From Antedon mediterranea (lineage: Eukaryota; Animalia; Echinodermata): a DNA stretch of 64,000 bases. The stretch lies in contig NC_092671.1 of assembly GCF_964355755.1 (NCBI RefSeq), positions 18,414,001 to 18,478,000 on the forward strand, given 5' to 3'. Positions 1 through 12,192 of the stretch are shown here, one piece after another (positions within the stretch are counted from its first letter, which is position 1; each line of letters begins with the position of its first letter). The notes beneath the pieces were generated by a model that did not search any database, was not told the origin of the DNA, and was given only the letters and a program-made list of their open reading frames with translations. The translations under genes were made by a program, and so were the position numbers.

Positions 1-120
1 ATGAAAGCCCCAGTGGTCTAATGGTTAGGGCAACTGCATATCAAGCAGGCAGTCCGAGTTCGAGTCTCGGTTGGGGCGACTTTTTCTCATTCTCACAGAT
101 TTCCTCATCTTTATCGTTTC

Positions 121-124
<4 letters not shown>
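1..124 (+). mobile_element. Dispersed repeat with an internal tRNA-like cloverleaf (7..78), followed by (TA)n
   Basis: Acceptor stem GCCCCAG/TTGGGGC, A-box-like TGGTCTAATGG, T-arm CCGAG-TTCGAGT-CTCGG, and T5 at 81..85. Degenerate copies with the same flanks at ~38900-39060, ~39207-39310 and (minus) 42045-42123 / 44647-44683. Confidence 0.7.

Positions 125-166
<42 letters not shown>
125..166. repeat. (TA)n microsatellite
   Basis: Directly visible. Confidence 0.95.
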
Positions 167-169
<3 letters not shown>

Positions 170-980
170 ACCAAACAAAAGTAAGAATAACAATGAATAG
201 TTATTATTATTATTAGAAATAATTGTATTAATCTGTTGATGAAATGAAATGAATAAATAGTGGTTAACGCCACAAAAGAGAAAAAAAAAACTTAATCATT
301 ATTAGTTCAGGATTTGTGAGATTTTAAGAATTGTAATCAAGACGATTTTTTAGTAACCTACCGGACTCACGAGTTGTTCCGAGCATTGCCCATTCGAATG
401 ATGTAGGCCTATTATAGCCTCTCGTTAAAAGTTGGTGTGCTATTAGGAAAGATGTATTGTCCCCCAGAAATTTTTTTTTTTCTTTTTAAAACAACAAAAT
501 AACCTATTCAAAGTCTGATTTAATTAATCTTCATTTTTTTTGGTGGGGGGGGGGGGGGAAATACTTCTTTAAACAATTATTGAATGAATAAATTTCCTTC
601 AACTCACGAAACATGTCTTGATTTAAGATAGCACAGTAGTGAAGTGACGTGGATTTAAATACGTCAACTTGTCGTAAACATTTTGAATTCAATTTAAAAA
701 CGTGCAAGGTTTTTATAATTTGGCATTGATAAACAACATGAAGCAGTGTTCTTTCCCATTTGTCAGTTATATTTAGGCCTACGTCTGCGCCACTTAAATA
801 TGTGAATAACTTTTAAATTGTTGGTTAAAAACAAAGGACTCGAACACGTCTTTCTTGTTGACCAGTACCTGCATCAATGAAGACTTTTAACAGCTTTATT
901 TTCTTGACTTATTTCTCTCCCAAGTACTCGTCGTCTAGGGTATAGATTGCTTACTGACTATATATTATAGGTCATTCCTT

Positions 981-1180
981 GTCTTAGATGTACGTTTTAT
1001 GGCAATTTATGATAAAAAGAGAGAAACAATGCACTATACCTAAGTAGCTCGCGGTGGAATGTCCTCTCGTGTACGCTCTTTAGGCCTAGCCAAGGGGCTT
1101 AGTTGTGTAGGCCTAGCTGGTAAACTAGTAACGTACGAACATCGTACGCTAGCTATAGGCCCATTAATTGTCTTTTGACA
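981..1180 (+). repeat. Unclassified dispersed repeat; second copy at ~59703..59885
   Basis: Shared blocks tgtacgttttatgg..atgataaaaag, ctcgcggtg(g)aatgtcctctc and gtaacgtacgaa(c/t)atcgtacgctagcta. Confidence 0.7.
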
Positions 1181-2188
1181 GAATCCGTATAGTAATACAG
1201 AATGTGGGAAACCCGGTATTTTCGCTGAATAGTTACGATTCTTCCATTTATTGTGGCCTTCATGGTTGATCAAAAGTACTAAAACTAAAATATCAATCCG
1301 CGCGCAATGTCAAAGACGAAAACAGTTATTGTAATAGAACCATATAGTATTTATTTTTACATTAAATGTAGTTTGTGACCTTAAATGAGAGCTAAAAAAC
1401 GTAGGGAATGGGACATTAACAGAAAATGAAGTTAGAGATTCATTAATTCATTAACCATTATTTAGGCCTACTTCAGCTTATTGTCAGATTATGCATGAAG
1501 ATATAATTCTTCCATACTGAAATTATTATATAGTTATATATACTTTATGCTCAAATTCCACCCCAATTGGTAACCTCATTTGCTAATTATCCATCTAAAG
1601 CCCTAGAAATAATATAAGTAAACTTTTCGTATAATAACCTAGGTAAACGTTTTGGATTGGTTTTTTTTTAATGAAAAGAACGCGTTCTATGGTCGTCGCG
1701 ATACACTATATAATGATGTATATCACCGCCGTGTGGTGGTGTCCTTTCTCATAGTGTTACATCATACTTTTAGAAATGTTACATACGTTGTTAGAAGTAC
1801 CTTTTGTCAGATGTTTTTGATAACATTCGAGTATACATAAGTAAGGGTGAAAATTTAACGTTAAACAGTTAAACCGAGAAGAACAATTTGCAGGCCACAT
1901 CTCCTTCTTTGGTAGATGGTAAGATAGATAGTATTGTATTTAGATAGATAATATATTCCTCGGAATTCTTTTATTGATAATAATTATTATAGTCTAATTT
2001 TCTTCTTACGAATGAGACATTTTTATTAATCTAATGTAACATCTTACTTACTGATCTTTTTTTTTTTGTGTCTTTTATGGGCTCGTCCCACTTTTATTTC
2101 AGTTTGCAGTACAAATTATTTAAATATATACAAGTTCACTATAATAAGGCATATAGTATGTATATTCTCTTGTATTATTAAATATACT

Positions 2189-2286
2189 AACAAGACCAAC
2201 AGCCATTAAGTCGCGTGCTACAATGCATAGTGATACCGGACCGACAGACAGACCGACAGACCGACAGACAGACCGACAGACAGACC

Positions 2287-2317
<31 letters not shown>

Positions 2318-2370
2318 CGACCGACCGACCGACATAGTGAACTATAGAGTCGCTTCCACGCGACTAAAAA
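2189..2370 (+). mobile_element. Short non-autonomous Helentron/DINE-1-like element with (GACA/GACC)n core
   Basis: AACAAG start, subterminal inverted AGTCGCGTG/CACGCGACT, tetranucleotide microsatellite, terminal hairpin agtcgc..gcgact then an A-run. Close copy at 17192..17312. Confidence 0.65.
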
Positions 2371-2779
2371 CAACGGTCATGTTCTCCATTTTATTTTTGT
2401 CACATACAAATGACGCGTACATATTTGTGATTATTGTTAAAACGTGTTTTTTTTTATGACATAGTATATTTAAAAATGAATTAAAAAAAAAATTATAATT
2501 ATTAAAAACATTTACTTATGACCTACCTACAATATATATACAGACATTCTGAATATTGCGGATTTCATATAAATTATTAAAATTGTCTAAAAAAATAATC
2601 AAAGGTTACATTTAAATTCAGTTGAAATAAGAAAAGGGCTACACATTTATATTAAAACACAATAATAATAATATAAAATACAATTAAACGTAGGGAGAGA
2701 GATCTCCAGCACATATATTGATATTTTGATTATTCGATAGTCAGATCAAATATCTTGTCTTTACTATTTTTCCATTTCT

Positions 2780-3680
2780 GATCAGCAGTATAAAAGTTAT
2801 TTGACTACTCATTATTTATGAGTTTTATAATTTCATTTTTAAATAGACCCCAAATATTTGCAGATTCTTTTTTTTTCTGTCGTTTCTAGTTCTTTATATA
2901 TTATGGAGGATTTATATATACAAAAAAGTATAAAAACTGAAATTAATTCGTTTACAAGTTTGTTTGTTGTTTTTTAAAATTACATTAACCCTCTTTGGGA
3001 AGTCTTGCTGTACTGTAACCTCATTTGGAAGACACTGAACCAGCATATCTTTAAACTTTCACCAGACCAGTTGAATAGTTTGACATGCAATTAATAGGTG
3101 TTTTTCATTTTCTATATGATTCTTACACTTATTACATTTGTCTGTTGTGGATAATTTCCATCTTTTTAGTCTCTTTTTACATATAAGGATTCAATGTAAC
3201 AACTTAAAATTAAATTGAGCTACTTTTACCATGTGTTTCATTCTACATACTTTTCTATTCCATATTTCATTCCAGTCAATGATTTCATCTCTAAATTCTA
3301 CTTCCCATTTCATTTGAGGATTTGGAATAATACATATATCATTTATAAACTGCTTATAATAGTAAGACGATCTTATCCTATTATGAAATATATTATGTTC
3401 TCTTATTTGTATATCTATGTGTGCATTTTCCAACCTTATTTGTTCTTTCCATATCTCAGGTATTGCATTTATTGTTGCAAAGTATTCAATTAATCCATTC
3501 TGTTTATTTGACAGAGTTGGAATAATTTTTGCTGCCGTCAATAACCTAACCCGACTATATCATTTACTGTTTTGTATCCAGAGTTTAACCAGGTATTGAA
3601 ATATAGAGATTTTCCCTCAATTTGTTTGTTTTCCCATAAATGTTGTGACTTAATTTCTTGTAAATTTTGCGGCTTACTGT
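2780..3680 (-). pseudogene. Degenerate L1/Tx1-type LINE ORF2 C-terminal fragment (zf-RVT region)
   Basis: ORF 3191..3541 IPEIWK..KWE..W..IW..KVAQFNFKLLH; past the stop it continues ILICKKRLKRWKLSTTDKCNKCKNHIENEKHLLIAC (CCHC knuckle). Confidence 0.7.
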
Positions 3681-3834
3681 TCTTAAGGTAAAGTAAAAAT
3701 GAATGAATTAGTATTATTTAAACTTCCTACCAAACGAAATGTATTTTTTTGTCATAATAAAAGGCAATGTAAAACACTTTTAGAACAATATGTTTTAGTC
3801 CCAACATTATTCTTTTTTTTGCATCAGGATACGT

Positions 3835-3947
3835 TTTTTTTTAGTCGCGTGCAAACGCCGCGACTCTACATCTCACTATTTTCGGTCGGTCGGTCGGTCG
3901 GTAGAAACCGAAATTTGAGCACGCAACTGCAGCCATATGTATGGCCT
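3835..3947 (-). mobile_element. Helentron/DINE-1-like short element (inverted copy)
   Basis: ttttagtcgcgtgc..cgcgactctacatctcactat..(gtcg)n..gcacgcaactgcagccat is the reverse complement of the copies at 6669 and 23192. Confidence 0.6.
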
Positions 3948-4399
3948 TTTTTTTGTAAGGGTTACTACATGCATTTTATTTGTATTTATTATTTTTGCTT
4001 TCGTATTAATGGCGGAATTACTCATTTGCAGCAGATTAAAATAAAATTGTAGTACTTTCGGTAATTAGTACTTGCCGTTTAATGATAATTAAAAGATCTC
4101 ACGAATAACACTTAATAACGAACCGAAAAACGGCTTGACCTTTAATAAACACTTTATATGAAATAGTGCATTAAGGCACAACAGACCTAATGATTCTTAA
4201 TGCCATCATTACTTTATTAAAAGAGGACTTTCAAAAAGATAACCTTGAATTACATAATTTACACCAAGATAGCATGTGCAATCCGTTTTCGATAATGGTG
4301 GTGCAAATGAGTGGTGACCTAAGTTGCATACTACGAGATGCATGTGACATCATATTCCACACATTTGAATTCGTTGTTATTAAATAATGGTAAATGACA

Positions 4400-4880
4400 A
4401 GAACAATTATACCCCTAGTACCCCTAGAGGTAGACTTTAATTGAAATCGGAAATTTTGATTAATATTATTATTATTAATATTCTTTTTATTAGCAGGAGG
4501 TTCATGTCCCTTCACCAGCCCGCCCTAGTCTGATATCGAAATGAAAGAATAACTCGAGATATTGGTTAATGGATTACCATCTTTCAACCAGGTTTCTACG
4601 ACTGAAATTACATCGAAATCATAATTGACATTGGTTAAAAATAATTTGAAAGAATCGATATTATGAAGAAAACTTCTAGAACTAATATGCAAGGAAGAAA
4701 TGTTGTTCACGTGACTGAGCTCTCTAATTAAGTGGGTTAGTTGGTCAGGTTGATAGTACTTACAATTTGGCTGGGTAGAGGAAGATAAAACATTGGTATC
4801 AGGGTCAAAGGCATGATCATGTTTATCATAGTCTGCGTATGGGTTGAAGATTAAATTATTTAATCGATCTTGGTTAGGAA
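4400..4880 (-). pseudogene. LINE (CR1/Crack-like) APE endonuclease N-terminal fragment
   Basis: DPDTN..CKYY..SSLHISSRSFLHN..FDVISVVETWL matches the start of LINE ORF2 endonuclease; frame breaks downstream. Confidence 0.7.
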
Positions 4881-5609
4881 ATGTTTCGGTACAGGGGTTC
4901 GTTTGGGAAGAAAGTGACATATATACATACACAAATTCAAAACACAACAAACAGATAAGTTGGGGACAAGTTAATGAGAAAAATAAATGTACCAAGTATA
5001 CCATGTATCAGTCTCCATAGAGATAAAAGTGCCTACACATTTTTTTTCTTGAATAATAATAATATAATAAGGAAAACATTGAATAAATATTTATGTTGCA
5101 GAAATATAAACGAGAACAATTATTTCAATAATAAATTTAAGAAATTCAGAAAAAAAAATTATGAATAAACAAGTTGAGGAAACACTTTATATAAGATAAA
5201 TAAATTAATAAATAACAAAATATGTTCTTGAAAACAGTGAAATGGATCTAAACAGTTCCATGTATGTGAAAAATAAGAGTTAAAAATGTTTTAAAGATTA
5301 GCAAAAAAAAAAACAATTGTCTTCACAACTTCCGATAATTATTTTAATTAATTGATGTTTTATTGGGGAGGTGTTCCGGGCGTTTATTCAACTTAATACA
5401 AAACACTTTATAATATCTTCCTAAGATAAAAAATATCGTAATAGTGGAAACTAATGTTATCAAATCTACGTTTCGCGGTACATCTGAGATAGATAAGGTA
5501 GATATCCAAGGCGGAGATTAGCACCGAAGTTTTTCCATTGTGCTCGACTATGTCAGAATTAACCATAATTTATATATAGATGCTTTGTTTTTTTTTTATA
5601 GAAAAATAT

Positions 5610-5679
5610 ATGATGAAAGGAATTCCAATTGTTGTTCTTTTCTTAAGTTGTACAACAACTATGATTAAAGTGAATGAAG
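5610..5679 (+). CDS. Gene A coding exon 1: signal peptide MMKGIPIVVLFLSCTTTMIKVNE(G)
   Basis: Polypyrimidine tract + AG at 5600-5601, ATG at 5610, phase-1 donor GAAG|GTAAA at 5680. Same 70-nt coding length as the homologous exon at 25570..25639. Confidence 0.8.
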
Positions 5680-6207
5680 GTAAAAACCATATATATAACA
5701 GTCACTAAACATGTATTGATATTGAAGTAACGATCAATTTACTGTACGTCTCTTATTTTGTTTTATCTGAATTTTATTTCGGTGACCTGAATGTATAACC
5801 AACCTGAATATCCTTGTGCATATATCACATATGTTCGACAAAAAATTATAGTATCTTTTAATGTCCAGACAACATTTTCTAATCGCATAAAGATATATTG
5901 TCCCCAAAACATGAACAATAATGACTATAGTCAAACTTAGAATAGGCTATTTTGAGTTTGAATTAAAGTTAATCGCTTTCTCTGAAAAACAAACAAGAAA
6001 AATTGAGCTTATGAAAAAATTCAAAATACAAAGCTAAATTTAAATTGATAAGCTTATTTTTTAAGAAACCAAATAATGGACTTACATTTTGTCTTTAAAT
6101 GTTAGTTTTATCAAGTAATTAGGCCTATTTCGGTACATTACAATGGCATAGTCCTAATATAACAACAACATGGGGATCTCACTCACTCACTTTTTCTTTT
6201 TCCATAG

Positions 6208-6603
6208 GTTGTGGTACTGATCATTTATACAGGTTTATTTATCTTCCTGATAATTTAGAAAGTTTTAGCATCAACGGTGAAGTAAATTTCCACACCAACC
6301 CCGATCATGTACATTACAAGTTTACGTCAGAGATTACAGGAGGTACTTTTATATATGACATCGATGTAAAGAGAAAATATGTAGGTTATTATGAATTCAA
6401 AAGTAAATGCGATTTCAATACAGCTCTGCAGTTTGCAACAGTACAAGCCTCATCAGACACCATTAGAATAACGTATAAGAATGGCATTATTAATGTTAGC
6501 CACGCAGACGGATCTGGAGTAATAGCTCAGTCACCAATACAAACATTTCTGCCAAGATATTTTTGGTACGACGTGAATGTACATGCGTCACATTGCAAAC
6601 TAG
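6208..6603 (+). CDS. Gene A coding exon 2: beta-rich extracellular domain, divergent FAMeT-like (Methyltransf_FA-type) by eye
   Basis: tttttcttttccatag|G acceptor; 396-nt open frame GCGTDHLYRFIYLPDNLESFSINGEV...DTIRITYKNGIINVSHADGS...FLPRYFWYDVNVHASHCKL; donor G|GTAAG; phase 1-1. Clear homology to 26028..26423. Domain name is tentative. Confidence 0.88.
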
Positions 6604-6668
6604 GTAAGGATATTTAAAATTCGATGCATACATACACATCCCGTGAGTAATTTGAAAGTTAACATATA

Positions 6669-6798
6669 CATGGCTGCAGTTGCGTGCTTAAATTTAAGTT
6701 AGAGTTTACCGACCGACCAACCAACCGACCGACCGACCGACCGACCGACCAACCGACCGACATAGTGAGCTGTAGAGTCGCGTGAAAACGTGAAAAAA
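6669..6798 (+). mobile_element. Helentron/DINE-1-like short element in gene A intron 2
   Basis: catggctgcagttgcgtg..(gacc)n..gacatagtgagctgtagagtcgcg; same family as 23192 and 3835. Confidence 0.6.
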
Positions 6799-7468
6799 GG
6801 GTGAGCACTACCATTTTAATTGTTAATGGCACTAATGGACTAGTAACTGTACAGTATGCTTATTGTAATATTCTTATCCAGGTTTTAATAATTAAACACT
6901 CAATACTTAATTTTGTATAAAAGGGCTCGTCAGCATTCAAGCATCGTGTTACAGAACGTAGCTCATAAATTCGATGAAAAGTGAAGACTAACCGAGTTTA
7001 GTTTTTTAGGTTTAGTTTAAGTTCAAACGAAGATAGAATTCAGGTTGGAAATACATATTAATATGTTGGGTTCATGCTCAGTAAAAATAGAGATCTAAGC
7101 CTAAATGTTTCGTCAGAGTTTGTGACTGTACTATGAAGTACTTATGTGAACGAGTGAACTTATCATAGGAATGCCCTATTTGGAATTGGAAATTGGAATA
7201 TTTCGGAGCTTGGTGTAGGTGCACAGAGTACCAAATGTACATTTAGAGTATACAGTACAGTTTATCACATTGTTATGGTTTAACTGATTTAATCCTAGTA
7301 GTAAAGACCTTTTTTGTATTGGATTTCATTAAATGCAACACATTTTGTTACATAGTGAGAATTATAAATCTGTTTATGAATTCTCATTCAATATAATCAC
7401 TTTCTTAAAATAATATTATTGCAAACAGGTATTTAACTTGCTAATGAAAATCAATTACTGAATTGTAG

Positions 7469-7864
7469 ACTTGGGAACGCAATGTATCGTTAACGGTAAT
7501 TCTCTGGGAGAGAAGACGTGTATCCAAACACCAGACAATTGTACTTGGGATAGAGACTACGATATTTGTAACGGATGCTCATCTTACACAGTTGCAGACT
7601 GTGCAGATTATATTCCATTACATACTGTACCAACCACATCCCCCTTAAGTACAGATACTTCGACTACTAATCATTTGACATCTGCCGCACCTACAACAAC
7701 TAGGAGAGAAAATACTATCATTTCAACTTCAAAGCAACACACTACTAGTACTACTCTACAGCAAATGTCTACTGAACATGTTGCCTCATCAAAACAGATG
7801 AACACTGACATTACTACAACATACGTCCACAGCACGTTTGATATTCAGGCAGGGAATGCAACAG
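7469..7864 (+). CDS. Gene A coding exon 3: 6-Cys module + Thr/Ser-rich mucin-like stalk
   Basis: Acceptor ttgtag|AC; frame of ORF 7471..7902 (TQCIVNGNSLGEKTC..CTWD..C.GC..ADCADY, then T/S-rich); donor ACAG|GTAC at 7865; phase 1-1. Homologous to 27747..28358. Confidence 0.85.
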
Positions 7865-9490
7865 GTACATCTATATATAAATTATGGTTAATTCTGACAT
7901 AGGCAAGCACAATATAAAACCTCGGTACAAATCTCTGCCTTGGATACCTACCTGATCTATCTTAGATGTACCGTGAAATGTAAATTTGATTACATTAGTT
8001 TTCACTATTACGATATTTTTCAATATTTCTATCTTAATAATAATAAAGAGTTTTTAAAGAAAATTTTGATTTAATCGGTAGATTTTCAACTCAATTGCAA
8101 TTGTACGCGGGTCGAAGTAATTTCCGGGTTTACGATGAGTTCACCTTGCAACCAGGGAGGTGAAAAAATAATGTTTATACCTCCCTGTTGCAACAACTTG
8201 GTTTCAACTAGTCGGCCGTTATTTTTGTTTATTTTCGGAACGGACCGCGCGTGTGAAAGCAGGCCTACAGTAGTTAAAAAATAAAAATTATACTGCAAAT
8301 TAATAAAGATCACATTTTAAAAAAATATACGCCTTAAAGCATTGGAATATATTGTGGGGAATAGTATTATAAATTACATGGGGAGATCTGATGATAAGAC
8401 ATTTTGTTTAAAATCGAATAAAATCCCGATAGCCGAGTTTATTGAGTAAGCTGGCAGGAGTAACTGTAGGCTATCTGTGTCTGCCCACGTTGCAAGCCGT
8501 CTAAAACGTCTTCTTTCTTGGGCCGAAACAGCCCACTCTGTCGCGGAAGTTTGTTTCAAAAGATGTTTAAATTAAATAATGTATTAATTATTATGATAGT
8601 ATTTAAAACGTCTCCCCAATAAAACATCTCTTTGAATAATACTAATGGGCATAACTGGACTAATTAAAACAATTTGTTTGAATAATCGACAACATACAAA
8701 GTAATAATGTGTGTATTAATTAGGCATATAGTCCACAGGAACTACCCCGTTGTTTTAAAGATGGTTAGGTTCATTATACTGTATGTACTTGGACATGATT
8801 ATGCCCATGCATATACTGAGTCAGTGCCTTATGGAATACAGCGCGTATGTCTGCAATAGTTATCAAATTATCAATTATCAATTTGATAACTTTCAGATTT
8901 TTTTAAACCGTAGCCACAACTGTACAGCTAAATGTATCTGCCAACAGTGGGTCTCAACCCAGAGAAGTAACTACTAGTAAAAAACCAAAGTCTCAAAGTA
9001 AGTGTCATTGATTTAACAATTTGTTTTTATTACAATTGCTGCATTATCAGACAATATGCCAATGCTGATCCTAACATAAATCTCCGTCTACACTATCAAA
9101 CTTTATGTTTAAAAAAATGGTGTGTCCATATTATGGACATGACGATGTCATATCAGTACATTTGTGCATATCACTGCCATATTTGGGCACATAGACAGAG
9201 CGGCACTTTATTATGTATGCCAGACATAATGAGATACAGAATAGAGAATCGGAAGGAAACTTCAACATGGGAATAATTTATATTTGTTTTCTGTCTAACT
9301 AGTCAAATTGTGATGTGCCAAAATATGGTAGTAATGATGTCATCGTGTCCATATTTTTGTTTTTTGCATAACGTTCAGAGCTTAAGAAAGAACGAATAAG
9401 AAAGCATTGTTATTATTAAATTACTTATTCGGCACCCTAATTATCTGTTGATGTAGACATTCTCAACACAAGTAATCTATTCATTTTTAG

Positions 9491-9669
9491 ATCCTGTTTG
9501 GAACTTCGATTTTATTCTGATGTTTTCGACAACTTCAATTGCTGTTTTTAGTCTTTTTATTGGCTGTATTTGCGTTTTACAAAGCTTGGTGACAATTCCT
9601 AGAAGATTTCGTCGAGTATCGTCTACACCAGGAGTTGATGCACCAAACAAATGTGAAACACGAATGTGA
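9491..9669 (+). CDS. Gene A terminal coding exon: TM helix + short cytoplasmic tail
   Basis: tcatttttag|AT acceptor; DPVWNFDFILMFSTTSIAVFSLFIGCICVLQSLVTIPRRFRRVSSTPGVDAPNKCETRM*; 179 nt, as in paralog 38505..38683; AATAAA at 9817..9822. Confidence 0.88.
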
Positions 9670-10136
9670 CCGAGTATATGTCATGTTGATAAATTTGGTC
9701 CGCACAAATCGCAAATTGAAAAAATATCATTGGTTGATCTGACTGACTTTTTTTTAACGTTTATGATAATTTATTTAATTTTCAAACCTTCTTGTAAAAC
9801 TGTGACGTGTAAAAATAATAAATACGTAATATTTTGTGAATTGTGACTTTGACTTGAGTCAAACATTTAACTACCTTATATAATGGATCATTTATCTTTG
9901 TTGGAGCCGCTATTTCTTATGTATTTCCTTTGTTAAATACGATTTTTTACATCTACAATTTCACTTATTGCGTAACTTTTGAAAGCAGGATCGGCTGAAT
10001 TTGAAATAATTATTAACTAGTATGCACTGTGTAAAACTCCCCTCTCCTGATAGGAGATCACGAAATGTATTTTTTAGAAATGTATTTGTTCATGCCTCAT
10101 AGCCTAATCCTAAAGTATTGCCTACTTCGAATCAAA

Positions 10137-10590
10137 CAACGTATATCAACATACAACGTAAAGCATCCAACAACGTATACTATCCAACAACGTATAGCAT
10201 CCAGCAACGTATAGCATCCAGTAACGTATAGCATCCAACAACGTATAGCATCCAACAGCGTATATCCTCCAACAACGTATAGTATCCAAAAACGTATATC
10301 CTCCAACAACGTATAGTATCCAAAAACGTATATCCTCCAACAACGTATAGTATCCAAAAACGTATATCCCCCAACAACGTATAGTATCCAAAAACGTATA
10401 TCCTCCAACAACGTATAGTATCCAAAAACGTATATCCTCCAACAACGTATAGCATCCAACAACGTATATCCTCCAACAACGTATATCTTCCAACAACGTA
10501 TAGCATCCGACAACGTATATCTTCCAACAACGTATAGTATCCAAAAACGTATATCCTCCAACAACGTATAGTATCCAACAACGAATAGTA
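10137..10590. repeat. 17-bp minisatellite (TCCAACAACGTATAGCA / TCCAACAACGTATATCC variants, partly 34-bp higher order)
   Basis: Directly visible tandem array; explains the three overlapping minus-strand ORFs. Confidence 0.92.
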
Positions 10591-11179
10591 TCAAAAAAGG
10601 AAAAAACTGAACTTATAATACTACCGTGCAAGTCAAGCCTTGCTTAAGCTTTATAGAACTTGGATATTTAAATTACTTAATGTACAGGTGGCTGAAAACA
10701 ATAGAGCTAAGCAAAGGAGACTTAATTATTATTAGAAGAAATCCATGTCTTAACTAAACAAGAAATCGGATCTTCTTAAACAAAATTCTTGGTGGTTCAC
10801 TACATTGTGTATATCTATATTCAGTTCATTAACATTTGCTACTAAAGCATCTCGAGGTACTTTCGCTAAAGAAGTGGATTTTAGTAGTACACAGTATCAA
10901 ACTTTTCACGAAGCATACACTCTTCATACTTTCAATGTCAATGTAAAACGTATCTTTGGTCTGACATTTTTTTTCAGTTCTGATTTTTGTCTAATGTGGT
11001 GACATACTTATTATGTTTTTTTCAATTTGGTATCATCTTTCTAATGTTTTATTGTACTGATATACGACTATTGCACCAACTTTAGTCCATCCATGATTTC
11101 GATGGGATCTGAGCTGAGAATAGACCAAACCACTGAACATACTGAACATTTTTCGAAACGTTTTGGCGGTCATAACAAT

Positions 11180-11775
11180 TTTTTTATTTTTTTTTATTTA
11201 TAAACATATTTCTACTGGATGACAATATCAACGTTGTCCCAAAAAGGGGACATTGTTGTTTTTCAAAAGGTCCAGCATAAAACCTAACAACATACATGAT
11301 TATATAATACATCGTTTCTTAAAAATAGTAAAAAATGTTAGAATTAAACAGTCTAAAATAATACTAAAATCAAAAGTTCAAAAGTTCAGTTCAAAAAACA
11401 TTTATTTGTTCAACAAGGGCATTGTACAGTATAATATATAGGTGTGTACATAAATGAAAACATAGTAATAATTAGCCATCATTTGGGGTCTTCTCTAGAA
11501 GAAATCAAGTTTCTTGTCTCGAGAAAGACCCCCGAAACAATACACATACATTTAAACTAGATTAAATTGAGGGCGTGAAACAACGGTTGGTTTTTAAAAT
11601 TTTCTAATACTGCTGCTCTAAAAACATCGAAAAATCTCAGTTCTTAATCAACGGAATTTTAATATAGATAGCACTGAAGACATACGAAAACTGCTGAACT
11701 TAAATAAACCTGCATCGGAGTTGAAATCTGTGTTGAAACTTGGTTTTTCAAATTGATCATCAGGTAGGCTCCAGT
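11180..11775 (-). mobile_element. Possible old LINE 3' remnant (A-rich tail and 3'UTR hairpins)
   Basis: Hairpins ggggtcttctc..gagaaagacccc and ttgtccc..gggaca; T-rich end on the plus strand; 11315-11370 recurs at ~19728-19782. Confidence 0.3.
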
Positions 11776-12192
11776 CAGTGTATTGTAACGCTAAGCCGTT
11801 ACGTTGGTCCCCCACGAAAAACGATCGTATAGTAGGTTACTCAAATAAATTAAATCGACCATTCTATAATTTCCGTCTACTTTAATATTTGACATTAAAC
11901 TTTTTTGTAAAGAATCAACTTATCAACGATCGTGAAGATCTCGACCTTAGTTACAAGAAATATCAAAGTTTAATTAATATCTCTGTTAGCTGTTTTTACA
12001 AATTTAAACTGATTTTACTGAGAAGATTGATACGTATTTTTAGCGCCTTTTGTCAGATCAAAGGAATCGCCGCCCAGTGCAAGCTATTACGCAACACTGA
12101 AAGGACTGTCAAGATCTTTTGTTTTCTTTTGTTTTTGGTCTTCACGCTTGATCGACTCTCGGTTTACAATAGCTTTTTGATACGACTAGGCG

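Noticed and set aside
7-78. Functional tRNA gene
   Set aside because: Non-canonical anticodon loop that differs between copies, weak D-stem, and embedded in a dispersed repeat with deleted copies.
6208-6603. Calling the genes farnesoic acid O-methyltransferase enzymes
   Set aside because: Resemblance is weak and by eye, there is no SAM-binding motif, and the domain is extracellular.
6208-7864. Exons 2 and 3 of gene A both being 396 nt as evidence of internal exon duplication
   Set aside because: No sequence similarity between them, and exon 3 has a different length in gene B.
10097-10631. Three overlapping minus-strand ORFs of 133-165 aa
   Set aside because: By-product of a 17-bp tandem repeat without stops on that strand.
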